The notes under the pieces are model-generated. The model was not told where the DNA came from. It ran no database searches and was given only the letters and a program-made list of their open reading frames with translations. Positions 1-7,908 of a DNA stretch of 27,329 bases are shown piece by piece; position 1 is the stretch's first letter, and every line of letters begins with the position of its first letter. Source of the stretch: a virus (lineage: Duplodnaviria; Caudoviricetes); IMG/VR virus record IMGVR_UViG_3300025392_000365, positions 1-27,329 of that record; one strand, 5' to 3'. The translations under genes and the position numbers were made by a program.

Positions 1-156
1 TCTCCGTATTATGGCGGAAATGGAGGAACTGGAGTAGTAATACTATCTTATGCTTCAGGCAGTCAATTAGGTTCAGGCGGTACTGTTTCAAGTTACACAT
101 CCGGTGTTACATATCAAGTACATAAATTCACAAGTTCAGGCACGTTTACTGCTTAA
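1..156 (+). CDS. 3' end of a glycine-rich virion/fibre protein (partial)
   Basis: Frame 1 reads SPYYGGNGGTGVVILSYASGSQLGSGGTVSSYTSGVTYQVHKFTSSGTFTA* (TAA 154-156). GGxGVVIxxY...GGTV...HxFTSSGTF is the typical end of phage glycine-rich domains. Not in the ORF track. Confidence 0.8.
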   Translation, partial: SPYYGGNGGTGVVILSYASGSQLGSGGTVSSYTSGVTYQVHKFTSSGTFTA

Positions 157-181
157 CGATACATATTATAAAGGAATGTAT

Positions 182-814
182 ATGACTGAACTTAATCAAA
201 TTAATCAAAAACAAAGCGAAACTCCTGGTGCAGCCTGGATGCTGACCACTGATACAGTACAAAATTGGGCCTATTGGGATAACGCATTTACTCCAGAAGA
301 ATGTCAAAAAATAATTGAAATAGGTCTGAGTAAACATTTAAAATCTGGTGCCGTCGGAACTGAATTACCTAACGGATTTGAAACAAATACAGCAATAAGA
401 GATAGTAACATTACTTGGTTATATGCTACTGATGGAATGGAATGGGCATTTAGACGTGTTACTGATATTGTTAATAATTTAAATAAACAATTTTTTAATT
501 TTGAACTAACTGGGTTTTGCGAAGGATTTCAATTTACAGAGTATAATGCGCCTAGCGGATTTTATGGAATGCACATTGATAGAAGAATCGGACATATGGT
601 AAGAAAATTATCTATAACTATTCAATTGAGCGATCCGGCAACATACGAAGGTGGAAGTTTAACATTACAAATTGGAAAAACACCCGAAGAGATGAAAAAA
701 GAGCAAGGGCATCTTGCGCTTTTTCCTAGTTATGTATTACACGAAGTTTGTCCAGTAACATCTGGAACAAGATATAGTTTAGTAGCCTGGATTAACGGTC
801 CAGCTTTTAGATAG
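182..814 (+). CDS. 2OG-Fe(II) oxygenase (PKHD/prolyl-4-hydroxylase-like)
   Basis: HxD (MHID), RKLSITIQLS..YEGG, distal His and Arg (LHEVCPVTSGTRYSLVAW). Start moved from 104 to ATG 182 because AAGGA lies at 171-175 and 104-156 overlaps the upstream gene. Confidence 0.9.
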   Translation: MTELNQINQKQSETPGAAWMLTTDTVQNWAYWDNAFTPEECQKIIEIGLSKHLKSGAVGTELPNGFETNTAIRDSNITWLYATDGMEWAFRRVTDIVNNLNKQFFNFELTGFCEGFQFTEYNAPSGFYGMHIDRRIGHMVRKLSITIQLSDPATYEGGSLTLQIGKTPEEMKKEQGHLALFPSYVLHEVCPVTSGTRYSLVAWINGPAFR

Positions 815-819
815 GAGTA

Positions 820-1188
820 ATGATGGGATCTTATGTTAAAGTTTTAAATGGCATTGTAGTTGAAAGCATAAAGGCCGATCCCGATTTCTTTAAAACTTTC
901 AAAGATACAAGTCCTGGCGACTGGATTCAAACTAGTTATAATACTAGAGGCGGTGTACACTACGGAGAAGACGGCAAACCAGACGGCGGCGTAGCCCTCA
1001 GAGGAAATTTTGCTGGTATAGGTATGATTTATGATAGTAAACATGATGTATTTTATCATCCACAACCTTATCCAAGTTGGACATTAAATGAATCTACGTG
1101 GACCTGGGAACCTCCTAGTCCATACCCTAAAGATATTCAAGAACCATACTATTGGGACGAATCGTCAAAAAGTTGGAAATTAAAATAA
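820..1188 (+). CDS. Small Trp/Pro-rich phage protein of the type that accompanies glycine-rich fibre genes
   Basis: AGGAG upstream; motifs WIQTSYNT, RGNFAGIG..YD...DVF..PQPYPSW.L....W.WE.P.PYP, Y.WDE....W. Confidence 0.7.
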   Translation: MMGSYVKVLNGIVVESIKADPDFFKTFKDTSPGDWIQTSYNTRGGVHYGEDGKPDGGVALRGNFAGIGMIYDSKHDVFYHPQPYPSWTLNESTWTWEPPSPYPKDIQEPYYWDESSKSWKLK

Positions 1189-1190
1189 GT

Positions 1191-1196
1191 TAAATA
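1191..1196 (+). promoter_or_regulatory. T4-type late promoter core TAAATA
   Basis: TAAATA in a 12-nt intergenic gap, 4 nt before ATG 1201; the same motif recurs in other intergenic gaps. Confidence 0.6.
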
Positions 1197-1200
1197 TAAG

Positions 1201-2349
1201 ATGGCACGATATAATTCAGTATTTCCAACAGGATCAGTAGCAGGCGGAAGCAGTATAACTACTCCGTCAAGCGGCCTATTGACTACAATTACTGGTAGTG
1301 GTACTGTTACCTTGCCAAATCCAGTATTATATACTGGACAAACACAAACATTTTATAATTCAACTGGTTCAGCTATTACCTTAGCAACTGGTACTAGTGC
1401 TATTTTTAACGGTCCTGGTGTTGGCGGATTAACAACAATGACCTTGGCTGCTGGCGCAGTTATTACTTTAGTTAGCGATGGTACAAACTATGTAGCAGAT
1501 GGCTGGTTAGGTGGATATGTAGTTACTCCAAACATAGTTGCTACAGGCGGAACAATTGACAACATCAATATTGGCGTCACTACGGCTGGCACTGGTAAAT
1601 TTTCAACTTTACAAGCAACTAGTACAACTACACTAGCTGGCGGAAGTGCTAGCGGTGTGTTTAGTTTTACAAGTCCCCAAGCTAGTAGTGCTTACAATAA
1701 CGGCGGTGTAGTTGTAAGCGGTGGTTTAGGTGTATCCGGAAATATCTACACAAACTCTACATTAAACGTTCAAACTGGCGGTGCTAATATTACTGGAACA
1801 ACAACTGTAACTGGCACATTGAGTTCAACTGTCAGTGTAACTGCTCCTGCTATAACCAGTAACGGTCAATTAACAGCTAACGATACAGCTAGTGCTAATA
1901 GTGCTACTAGAATTTTAAATATCACCAATGGTACAAGCTATGTATCTGTTCTAGCCAACGTGGCCGTAGGCAATTATAATCCAATGTCATCAGCAGGTGA
2001 TCAATTATTAGTATTTTCAGGTGGCACACAAAGTACAACTGGTAACTTGGTCATTGGACCATGGGCGGCAACCAACATTGGTATTAGGATTACCAACAGC
2101 GGAAATCATCAAGTGGGCGGCAACTGGTTGCCTTACACAGTAGGCGGCGGCGATTTAGGTAGTTTAGCAACACCATGGCGTCACGTGTACACACAAGACT
2201 TGAACTTATCTAATGGCATAGGTGATTACACCGTAATCGAGGGTGAGGAAAATCTTTACATTGTCAACAACAAGTCGGGCAAAGGATTCAAATTTGTCTT
2301 AAGCGAAGTTCCATTAAGTGAGATTCCACCAAGACGAGCAACTACCTAG
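1201..2349 (+). CDS. Tail fibre-like protein
   Basis: Gly/Thr/Ser-rich; GGVVVSGGLGVSGNIY fibre motif; C-terminal DLGS...PWRHVYTQDLNLSN...DYTVIEGEENLYIVNNKSGK.FKF.L.EV, a terminal domain I recognise from T4-like phage fibres. Confidence 0.75.
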   Translation: MARYNSVFPTGSVAGGSSITTPSSGLLTTITGSGTVTLPNPVLYTGQTQTFYNSTGSAITLATGTSAIFNGPGVGGLTTMTLAAGAVITLVSDGTNYVADGWLGGYVVTPNIVATGGTIDNINIGVTTAGTGKFSTLQATSTTTLAGGSASGVFSFTSPQASSAYNNGGVVVSGGLGVSGNIYTNSTLNVQTGGANITGTTTVTGTLSSTVSVTAPAITSNGQLTANDTASANSATRILNITNGTSYVSVLANVAVGNYNPMSSAGDQLLVFSGGTQSTTGNLVIGPWAATNIGIRITNSGNHQVGGNWLPYTVGGGDLGSLATPWRHVYTQDLNLSNGIGDYTVIEGEENLYIVNNKSGKGFKFVLSEVPLSEIPPRRATT

Positions 2350-2357
2350 GATACATT

Positions 2358-3572
2358 ATGGCCATATATTCAAATGGAACCTTAATTTATTCAGCATCAG
2401 GTGGTGCGGCATTGCCAGTAACAGTAACAGCCACTACAACCAACAGCACAGCTGGCGCACCATTAACTAATGATGGTAGTGTAGGGTTTTGGAGTTTTCC
2501 AGGAGAAAGCCATACTCAAGCTGTTAGTGGCGGCTGGCTTAACAGAAGTATACTAACACACGGATATATTGCCGCAGGTTATAAAGGTTATACTCCATGG
2601 CGTAGTGTTAATAAAACATGGCATCAAACTGATACTACTGTTTACTGCGGTGAACAAATTGATCGTGCGGCTGCTTATCTAGACGGAACATTTAGTGATT
2701 ACAATGCCTATGTTCACGGTACCAGCGACACATGGCAAGGTTCGGCATCTCATACTAGTAGTTATAATCTTGCCACTGGCATCATGCGCATGCAGAATGA
2801 CAGCAACTTTTCGTTCTTTGGATCCAATAGTGCTCCATATGGATATCAAGGTAACAATCCATCAGCTGACGGATTAACCTACGGTGACTCGGGTGCTAAC
2901 CTACAAGCTGGCCACGGTGGTTGGGACATGAGTGTTGGTCGTGTAGCACATGGTTGTGCTAGTAGTACACCAGGCAATGGTGCTACCGATGGTGCTGGTT
3001 ATACATTTGGCGGCGGCTCGGCAACCGTTAGTAAATTACACTTTCCATCAGAAATTATGTATAATTCGGCTAACAGTTTATCTACTAACCTAGGTACAGT
3101 TGCTGCAGTTGGAGGTCAAACCAAGGCCTATGTAGTAGGTGGAAGTAATACTGCTTACATGTGGACCATGCCTTGGAGCAATGATACATTCAGTACTTGG
3201 TCTTGGCCCAGCAGTCAAACATCTGACGGAAATAATAAACATCTAATGACTAAATTAGGTTGGTTTTATGCTGGAGTTGGTGGCAATACTGATACACGTA
3301 TTTGGAAATTTAGCGATACGACAAACAGTTATTTGCTTGCTCTTACCAAGTTAACTAACGCTGGAGAAGAAAATCAAGAAATGGGGCAAAACTGGGGCTA
3401 CTGTATGGGTAACTATAACGGACAACAAAATAACTGGACTATTAAAACTACCTATGCCACTGATGCTATGGTAACACTAGGAGCCAGTGCACAACCTAAG
3501 GGTCACTATGGTACCAGTAGTGGATGTTGTTCAAGTGCGGCCGCCAGTGTATGCGGAGTTCAAAGGACTTAA
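2358..3572 (+). CDS. Kelch/beta-propeller-like virion-associated protein, paralog 1 of 3
   Basis: AGGA SD; repeated GY.(A/G)GG motifs; shares THGY.A.GYK...PWR.VN.TWH, GTFSDYN, EEN..MGQNWGY and QPKGH.G.SS..CSSAAA with the next two ORFs. Confidence 0.65.
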   Translation: MAIYSNGTLIYSASGGAALPVTVTATTTNSTAGAPLTNDGSVGFWSFPGESHTQAVSGGWLNRSILTHGYIAAGYKGYTPWRSVNKTWHQTDTTVYCGEQIDRAAAYLDGTFSDYNAYVHGTSDTWQGSASHTSSYNLATGIMRMQNDSNFSFFGSNSAPYGYQGNNPSADGLTYGDSGANLQAGHGGWDMSVGRVAHGCASSTPGNGATDGAGYTFGGGSATVSKLHFPSEIMYNSANSLSTNLGTVAAVGGQTKAYVVGGSNTAYMWTMPWSNDTFSTWSWPSSQTSDGNNKHLMTKLGWFYAGVGGNTDTRIWKFSDTTNSYLLALTKLTNAGEENQEMGQNWGYCMGNYNGQQNNWTIKTTYATDAMVTLGASAQPKGHYGTSSGCCSSAAASVCGVQRT

Positions 3573-3573
3573 T

Positions 3574-4764
3574 ATGGCCTATTATGTAAGCGGAACTAAT
3601 TTCTTTCCAGGAATTTATATTGCTCCTACTACAGCGGCAGTAGGTTCCCCTCTAGTGGCTGCTGGAACTACATCAACTTTTTGGGCTTATCCTGGTAACG
3701 GACAAACACCTAGCGGAACACTACAAACTAGAAGTACTTTCACACACGGATATACTGCTGGCGGCTATAAAGATTCCAATCCATGGCGTGTGGTCAACAA
3801 AACTTGGCATGCCAATGACGTTACTATCAGTTGTGGTGAACAATTAGATCAAGGTGCCGCTTATGGCGGCGGCACATTCAGCGACTACAATGGTTACTGT
3901 CATGGAACCAACGCAGGATTTACAGTATCCAACACACATACTAGTAGTTATAGTCTAGCTACTGGAGTTGGCCGCACACAAAATACTTCAAGCTACGGTG
4001 CTAATCCAGGAGGCCCATTTGGTTATACTGGTAATAACCCAACCGGAGACGGACAAGGTGTTGCCTACGGTACTAGTGCCAGCAGTAGTGCCGGTGGAGC
4101 AGTGATCCAAGGTACTACTGCTGGTCAAGGTACATGGGAAATGAGCACAGGTCGTACCTATTTTGCTGGCACACAGAATCAAATAGGACAAATAGGTTAT
4201 ATTAGTGGCGGCAGTCAAAGTAATGCTTGCGACAAATTTTATTTCCCCACAGAAATTATGTATACCACAACTAGTCCAGGTAATACTGCTTCAAGTCATG
4301 CTACCGGTGGTGGCGGTGCTACTACTATGTATTGGAGTTTTGCCGGTACTAATAAATCAATGACATTTAGTAATGATTCGTGGAGTACATGGAGTCCAGG
4401 AACTACGGCGGCCCCAGACGGTGTATGTAAAATGCTAACCACAAAATTAGGTTATCATTATGTTGGTACTGGTAATAATGTAACTACAGGTGTGATGAAA
4501 TTTAGCGATAGTACAGGATCAAGTTTAAGTACAACAATAAGTAAACCTAGTGCTCAAGGAGAAGAAAATTATCAAATGGGACAAAACTGGGGTTATTGTC
4601 TAGGAGCTTATAGCAATCCTCAAAACAATTATACTTTTAAAATGAATTATAGCAATGATGTTTCTACGGTATTAGGTTCTGTCAGTCAACCTAAAGGACA
4701 TTTTGGTATGAGTAGCGGTAACTGTTCAAGTGCCGCGGCAACTGTAACAATGAGCGCAATATAA
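3574..4764 (+). CDS. Kelch/beta-propeller-like virion-associated protein, paralog 2 of 3
   Basis: Start revised from 3487 to ATG 3574: AAGGA SD upstream, and MAYYVSG matches the paralog starts MAIYSNG and MAFYVNS. Same conserved blocks. Confidence 0.65.
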   Translation: MAYYVSGTNFFPGIYIAPTTAAVGSPLVAAGTTSTFWAYPGNGQTPSGTLQTRSTFTHGYTAGGYKDSNPWRVVNKTWHANDVTISCGEQLDQGAAYGGGTFSDYNGYCHGTNAGFTVSNTHTSSYSLATGVGRTQNTSSYGANPGGPFGYTGNNPTGDGQGVAYGTSASSSAGGAVIQGTTAGQGTWEMSTGRTYFAGTQNQIGQIGYISGGSQSNACDKFYFPTEIMYTTTSPGNTASSHATGGGGATTMYWSFAGTNKSMTFSNDSWSTWSPGTTAAPDGVCKMLTTKLGYHYVGTGNNVTTGVMKFSDSTGSSLSTTISKPSAQGEENYQMGQNWGYCLGAYSNPQNNYTFKMNYSNDVSTVLGSVSQPKGHFGMSSGNCSSAAATVTMSAI

Positions 4765-5806
4765 TGGCTTTTTATGTAAACTCTGTCAACGTTTTTCCTA
4801 CTACATATCCTGCTCCTGATGCTAATGCCGCAGGTGCGGTGTTGTATAACGATGGTACTAGTGCCTTTTGGGCCTATCCTGGCGATACACAAACTACAAT
4901 TGGTGGAACATTTGCCACTAGAAGTATTATCACACATGGTTATCTAGCTGGTGGATATAAAGGTAGTTGCCCATGGCGAGCAGTTAATAGAACTTGGCAC
5001 AGTACAGATATTACTTTATACTGTGGTGAACAATTATCATTTGCCGCCAACTATATTGAAGGAACATTTAGCGACTACAATGGTTACATACATAACGGAG
5101 CAGATGCCTATGCTACCGCCAGTGCCAACACACAAAGTTATAGTCTTGCCAACGGAACCTTACGTACACGCGGTGCTGGTATTAACAGTCCCAGTACAAC
5201 TGCTTTTGGATATCCACCAGGAACTGGTACAGCAGGTGACGGTGGCTGGAACTTGAGTTCAGCTCGAGGTCCTTATATCGGTTGTGCGGTTGACCAAACT
5301 GGTCAAACAGGTTATATCACAGGAGGCGGATCTACTGCCACAGATAAATTTCACTTTCCCAGTGAAAATATGTATTCAACCACAGCTGGCCCAGGTACAG
5401 GATTTACATCAGGATGTCACGGGCAGTATAGAGGATATTTTAGTGTAGGCGGTACACATCAATATATAGATTTTAGCACAAACAGTTGGGCCACTTACAG
5501 CTCAACTGCTAGTGCGGACGGCTGGTGTAAATTTATGAGTACCAAATTGGGCTATCATTATGGTGGTAATGGTGGTAACGTTACTATTGGTCTTAGCAAA
5601 TTCAGCGATTCTACCGGTACAGATATTACCACTAGTTTAAGCAAAATACGTGCCTGCGGTGAAGAGAATCTTCAAATGGGACAAAACTGGGGTTACATGT
5701 TAGGTAACTATGATAACCAGCAGAATAATCAAACAGTAAAATACAATTATCTAACCGATGTACTTACACAATTAGGCACAGGAGCACAACCTAAAGGACA
5801 TTTTGG
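4572..5806 (+). repeat. Exact DNA repeats shared by paralogs 2 and 3
   Basis: TCAAATGGGACAAAACTGGGGTTA at 4572-4595 and 5672-5695; CAACCTAAAGGACATTTTGG at 4687-4706 and 5787-5806. Confidence 0.9.
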
Positions 5807-5876
5807 GCAAAGTAGTGCTACTTGTTCAAGTGCCGCGGCCAGTGTAGCGATAAGTAGTGCATCAGTCGGATTTTAA
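4764..5876 (+). CDS. Kelch/beta-propeller-like virion-associated protein, paralog 3 of 3
   Basis: TAATG stop/start overlap with paralog 2; same conserved blocks. Confidence 0.65.
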   Translation: MAFYVNSVNVFPTTYPAPDANAAGAVLYNDGTSAFWAYPGDTQTTIGGTFATRSIITHGYLAGGYKGSCPWRAVNRTWHSTDITLYCGEQLSFAANYIEGTFSDYNGYIHNGADAYATASANTQSYSLANGTLRTRGAGINSPSTTAFGYPPGTGTAGDGGWNLSSARGPYIGCAVDQTGQTGYITGGGSTATDKFHFPSENMYSTTAGPGTGFTSGCHGQYRGYFSVGGTHQYIDFSTNSWATYSSTASADGWCKFMSTKLGYHYGGNGGNVTIGLSKFSDSTGTDITTSLSKIRACGEENLQMGQNWGYMLGNYDNQQNNQTVKYNYLTDVLTQLGTGAQPKGHFGQSSATCSSAAASVAISSASVGF

Positions 5877-5885
5877 GGAACTAAC

Positions 5886-7103
5886 ATGTCGGATAATATA
5901 CAATATAATAATCAAAGCGTGGCAAATGTATTTTTTACAGAGCCAGCCAGTACTGTCTACAATAAAGATCAAGCAGTAGCAGTACACACAGCTAGAATTA
6001 TAACACAAATAACCACAGTAGATCCTAATGTTCAAGTAGTTACTACCGAGCAGACTCGCCAAGCAACAGCTGGAGAAAATGGTAACGATGCCACAGCATT
6101 TATTACCACAGTGGTCACTACTACAGATACCAAGTTAGTTATCACTACCACACCAACAGTTTCCAGCGGAGAAATTACAATTGACACAGTAGGTAGAGAA
6201 GAAACTGACGCTAACGGTATGTTTGTAACTACTTTAATTTCTACAGTAGTCAAGACTGGTGCTCCGTTAGATGTTTATGCCAGTGCTATTGTCACAGTTC
6301 CTACAGCAAATACTATCATTGAGCCAACTTATCGATATCTTATCTTGCGACATGATATAATCGATGGCCATTTACATGGTGTTCCAGGTGGCGATTACAA
6401 TATGACTTGCCAGGAAATGTACAGCTTGATGAATTTCACCTGTGTTAAAATGAGCGAAGGTCTGTACCACACTTTACTACAGGGTTGGAGCAAAGAAAAA
6501 GTTATTGAAATAGACGAAACTACAGCATTTTATGGCTGTACATTCTTTAGTGAAATACGCCCAGTTGCCAAACTTTGGGAAGCTAAGACCAGCTGGTACG
6601 GTGAAAAAGTTCCTACAGAAATTACTCCTGAAATTGTAGGCTATATTCTTACAGTGATGAAAGCATTTTCTACAGAAATTATTCACGCAGAATATGAACG
6701 TAGATATTTGGCTCTACGTGGTGCTAGCGATTTTGAAGCAGATACTTGGCACATACAGGGAGAAGAAGCCGCAGAGTATTCGGTTAACCCTACAGCCCCG
6801 ACACCATTTATTGATTATTTGGCCGCTAGCAGAAATATGACCAAAGATCGTTTGGTTGCCAAAATTTTAGATAAAAGAAAAGCCTATTTAGAACAGCTGG
6901 CCATGACACTAGCTGACATGCAGAACCTATTAACCAAGTTTAACTCGTGTACTACAGTATGGGATATAAATATCCTGTACGAAGATTACTTCGGAATTGC
7001 CATGCCGATCAGTATGGCAGTCAAGTTAGGCAGAACAATTTCTGACACTAACTGGAATCGTAAACCCGAATGGAGAGTTAAAGGTAATGGATGCTACTTC
7101 TAG
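5886..7103 (+). CDS. Hypothetical protein with Thr/Val-rich N-terminus and tail-fibre-assembly-like C-terminal domain
   Basis: TAAGGA SD; E.DTW..Q..EA..Y..NPTAPTPFID.LAA.R...K..LVAKIL.K...Y resembles small proteins encoded downstream of phage tail fibres. Confidence 0.55.
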   Translation: MSDNIQYNNQSVANVFFTEPASTVYNKDQAVAVHTARIITQITTVDPNVQVVTTEQTRQATAGENGNDATAFITTVVTTTDTKLVITTTPTVSSGEITIDTVGREETDANGMFVTTLISTVVKTGAPLDVYASAIVTVPTANTIIEPTYRYLILRHDIIDGHLHGVPGGDYNMTCQEMYSLMNFTCVKMSEGLYHTLLQGWSKEKVIEIDETTAFYGCTFFSEIRPVAKLWEAKTSWYGEKVPTEITPEIVGYILTVMKAFSTEIIHAEYERRYLALRGASDFEADTWHIQGEEAAEYSVNPTAPTPFIDYLAASRNMTKDRLVAKILDKRKAYLEQLAMTLADMQNLLTKFNSCTTVWDINILYEDYFGIAMPISMAVKLGRTISDTNWNRKPEWRVKGNGCYF

Positions 7104-7908
7104 TATTATAAACATTGAAGATATTGTATCGAGCAGTTTGCGCGATGTTAAATTAGACCCAAAATTTATACAAGAATACAATCTAAGTGACTTTGAAACA
7201 CGAGTCATCCAGTCTGCTGTTCTAGTAGATACAGGAATGACAGCTTACCAGGCCAAGCATTTTGTGGCTAACAGTCAAATTACTCCTTACAAACGTGTAC
7301 GTCAGTGCTTGATGGAACTGGAAGTACGTTATCATGCGTACCAAGAAATCAAAGCCAGTTTGCGTAAAGCAGAAATCATGCGAATGAAATGGGTCAAGCA
7401 ACAAGAACAGATGGAAGATCCATTAGACAAAGAATTAATTCAAATTGATATCGATAAAAACGACTATGATATCACTATTTGGAAACGTAAGATTCGTCAG
7501 AGCGAAGTTGAAATGCGAGCTTTCTTAGATGTCATTAACGAACATGCCAAGACAGACGAAGAACTAGCATACTTTTTAAAGACCAATGAACAAGAAGAAA
7601 AAGACTACTGGATTGCTCGTATGGGCAAGCAGGCAGCTTTAGACATTGTAGCATTTGGTCGTGTAGGTTCAGGCAACATGGATTCAATCGCCATGATGGC
7701 CAAAGAAGATCAGTTGTCTGCGTTGACCACTGCCATGCAGTATTCAGGATTATTAAATGCCGGACTACACAAAATTAGCGTAGGTGTACAGGACAGTATT
7801 GACCAGTACCTTGCTGGAGCGTCAACAGAAATTCCAGAAGTACTAGACAAGCCCGATGAAAATATTCAGCTTACCGCTCAACCCAAAACTAAACCAGAGT
7901 CAATATAA
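7087..7908 (+). CDS. Hypothetical alpha-helical/coiled-coil protein
   Basis: Overlaps both neighbours; E/K/Q/R-rich helical core (TPYKRVRQCLMELEVR...YWIARMGKQAALD...GRVGSGNMDSI). Confidence 0.6.
   Translation: MDATSSIINIEDIVSSSLRDVKLDPKFIQEYNLSDFETRVIQSAVLVDTGMTAYQAKHFVANSQITPYKRVRQCLMELEVRYHAYQEIKASLRKAEIMRMKWVKQQEQMEDPLDKELIQIDIDKNDYDITIWKRKIRQSEVEMRAFLDVINEHAKTDEELAYFLKTNEQEEKDYWIARMGKQAALDIVAFGRVGSGNMDSIAMMAKEDQLSALTTAMQYSGLLNAGLHKISVGVQDSIDQYLAGASTEIPEVLDKPDENIQLTAQPKTKPESI

Noticed and set aside
104-181. ORF-track start at 104 (likewise 3487 for paralog 2)
   Set aside because: Both extensions overlap upstream genes. The downstream ATGs have SD sequences and, for 3574, match the paralog N-termini.
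2358-5876. Diversity-generating retroelement TR/VR pair
   Set aside because: There is no reverse transcriptase in the window. The repeats are short, lie in intact paralogous genes, and show no adenine-specific pattern.
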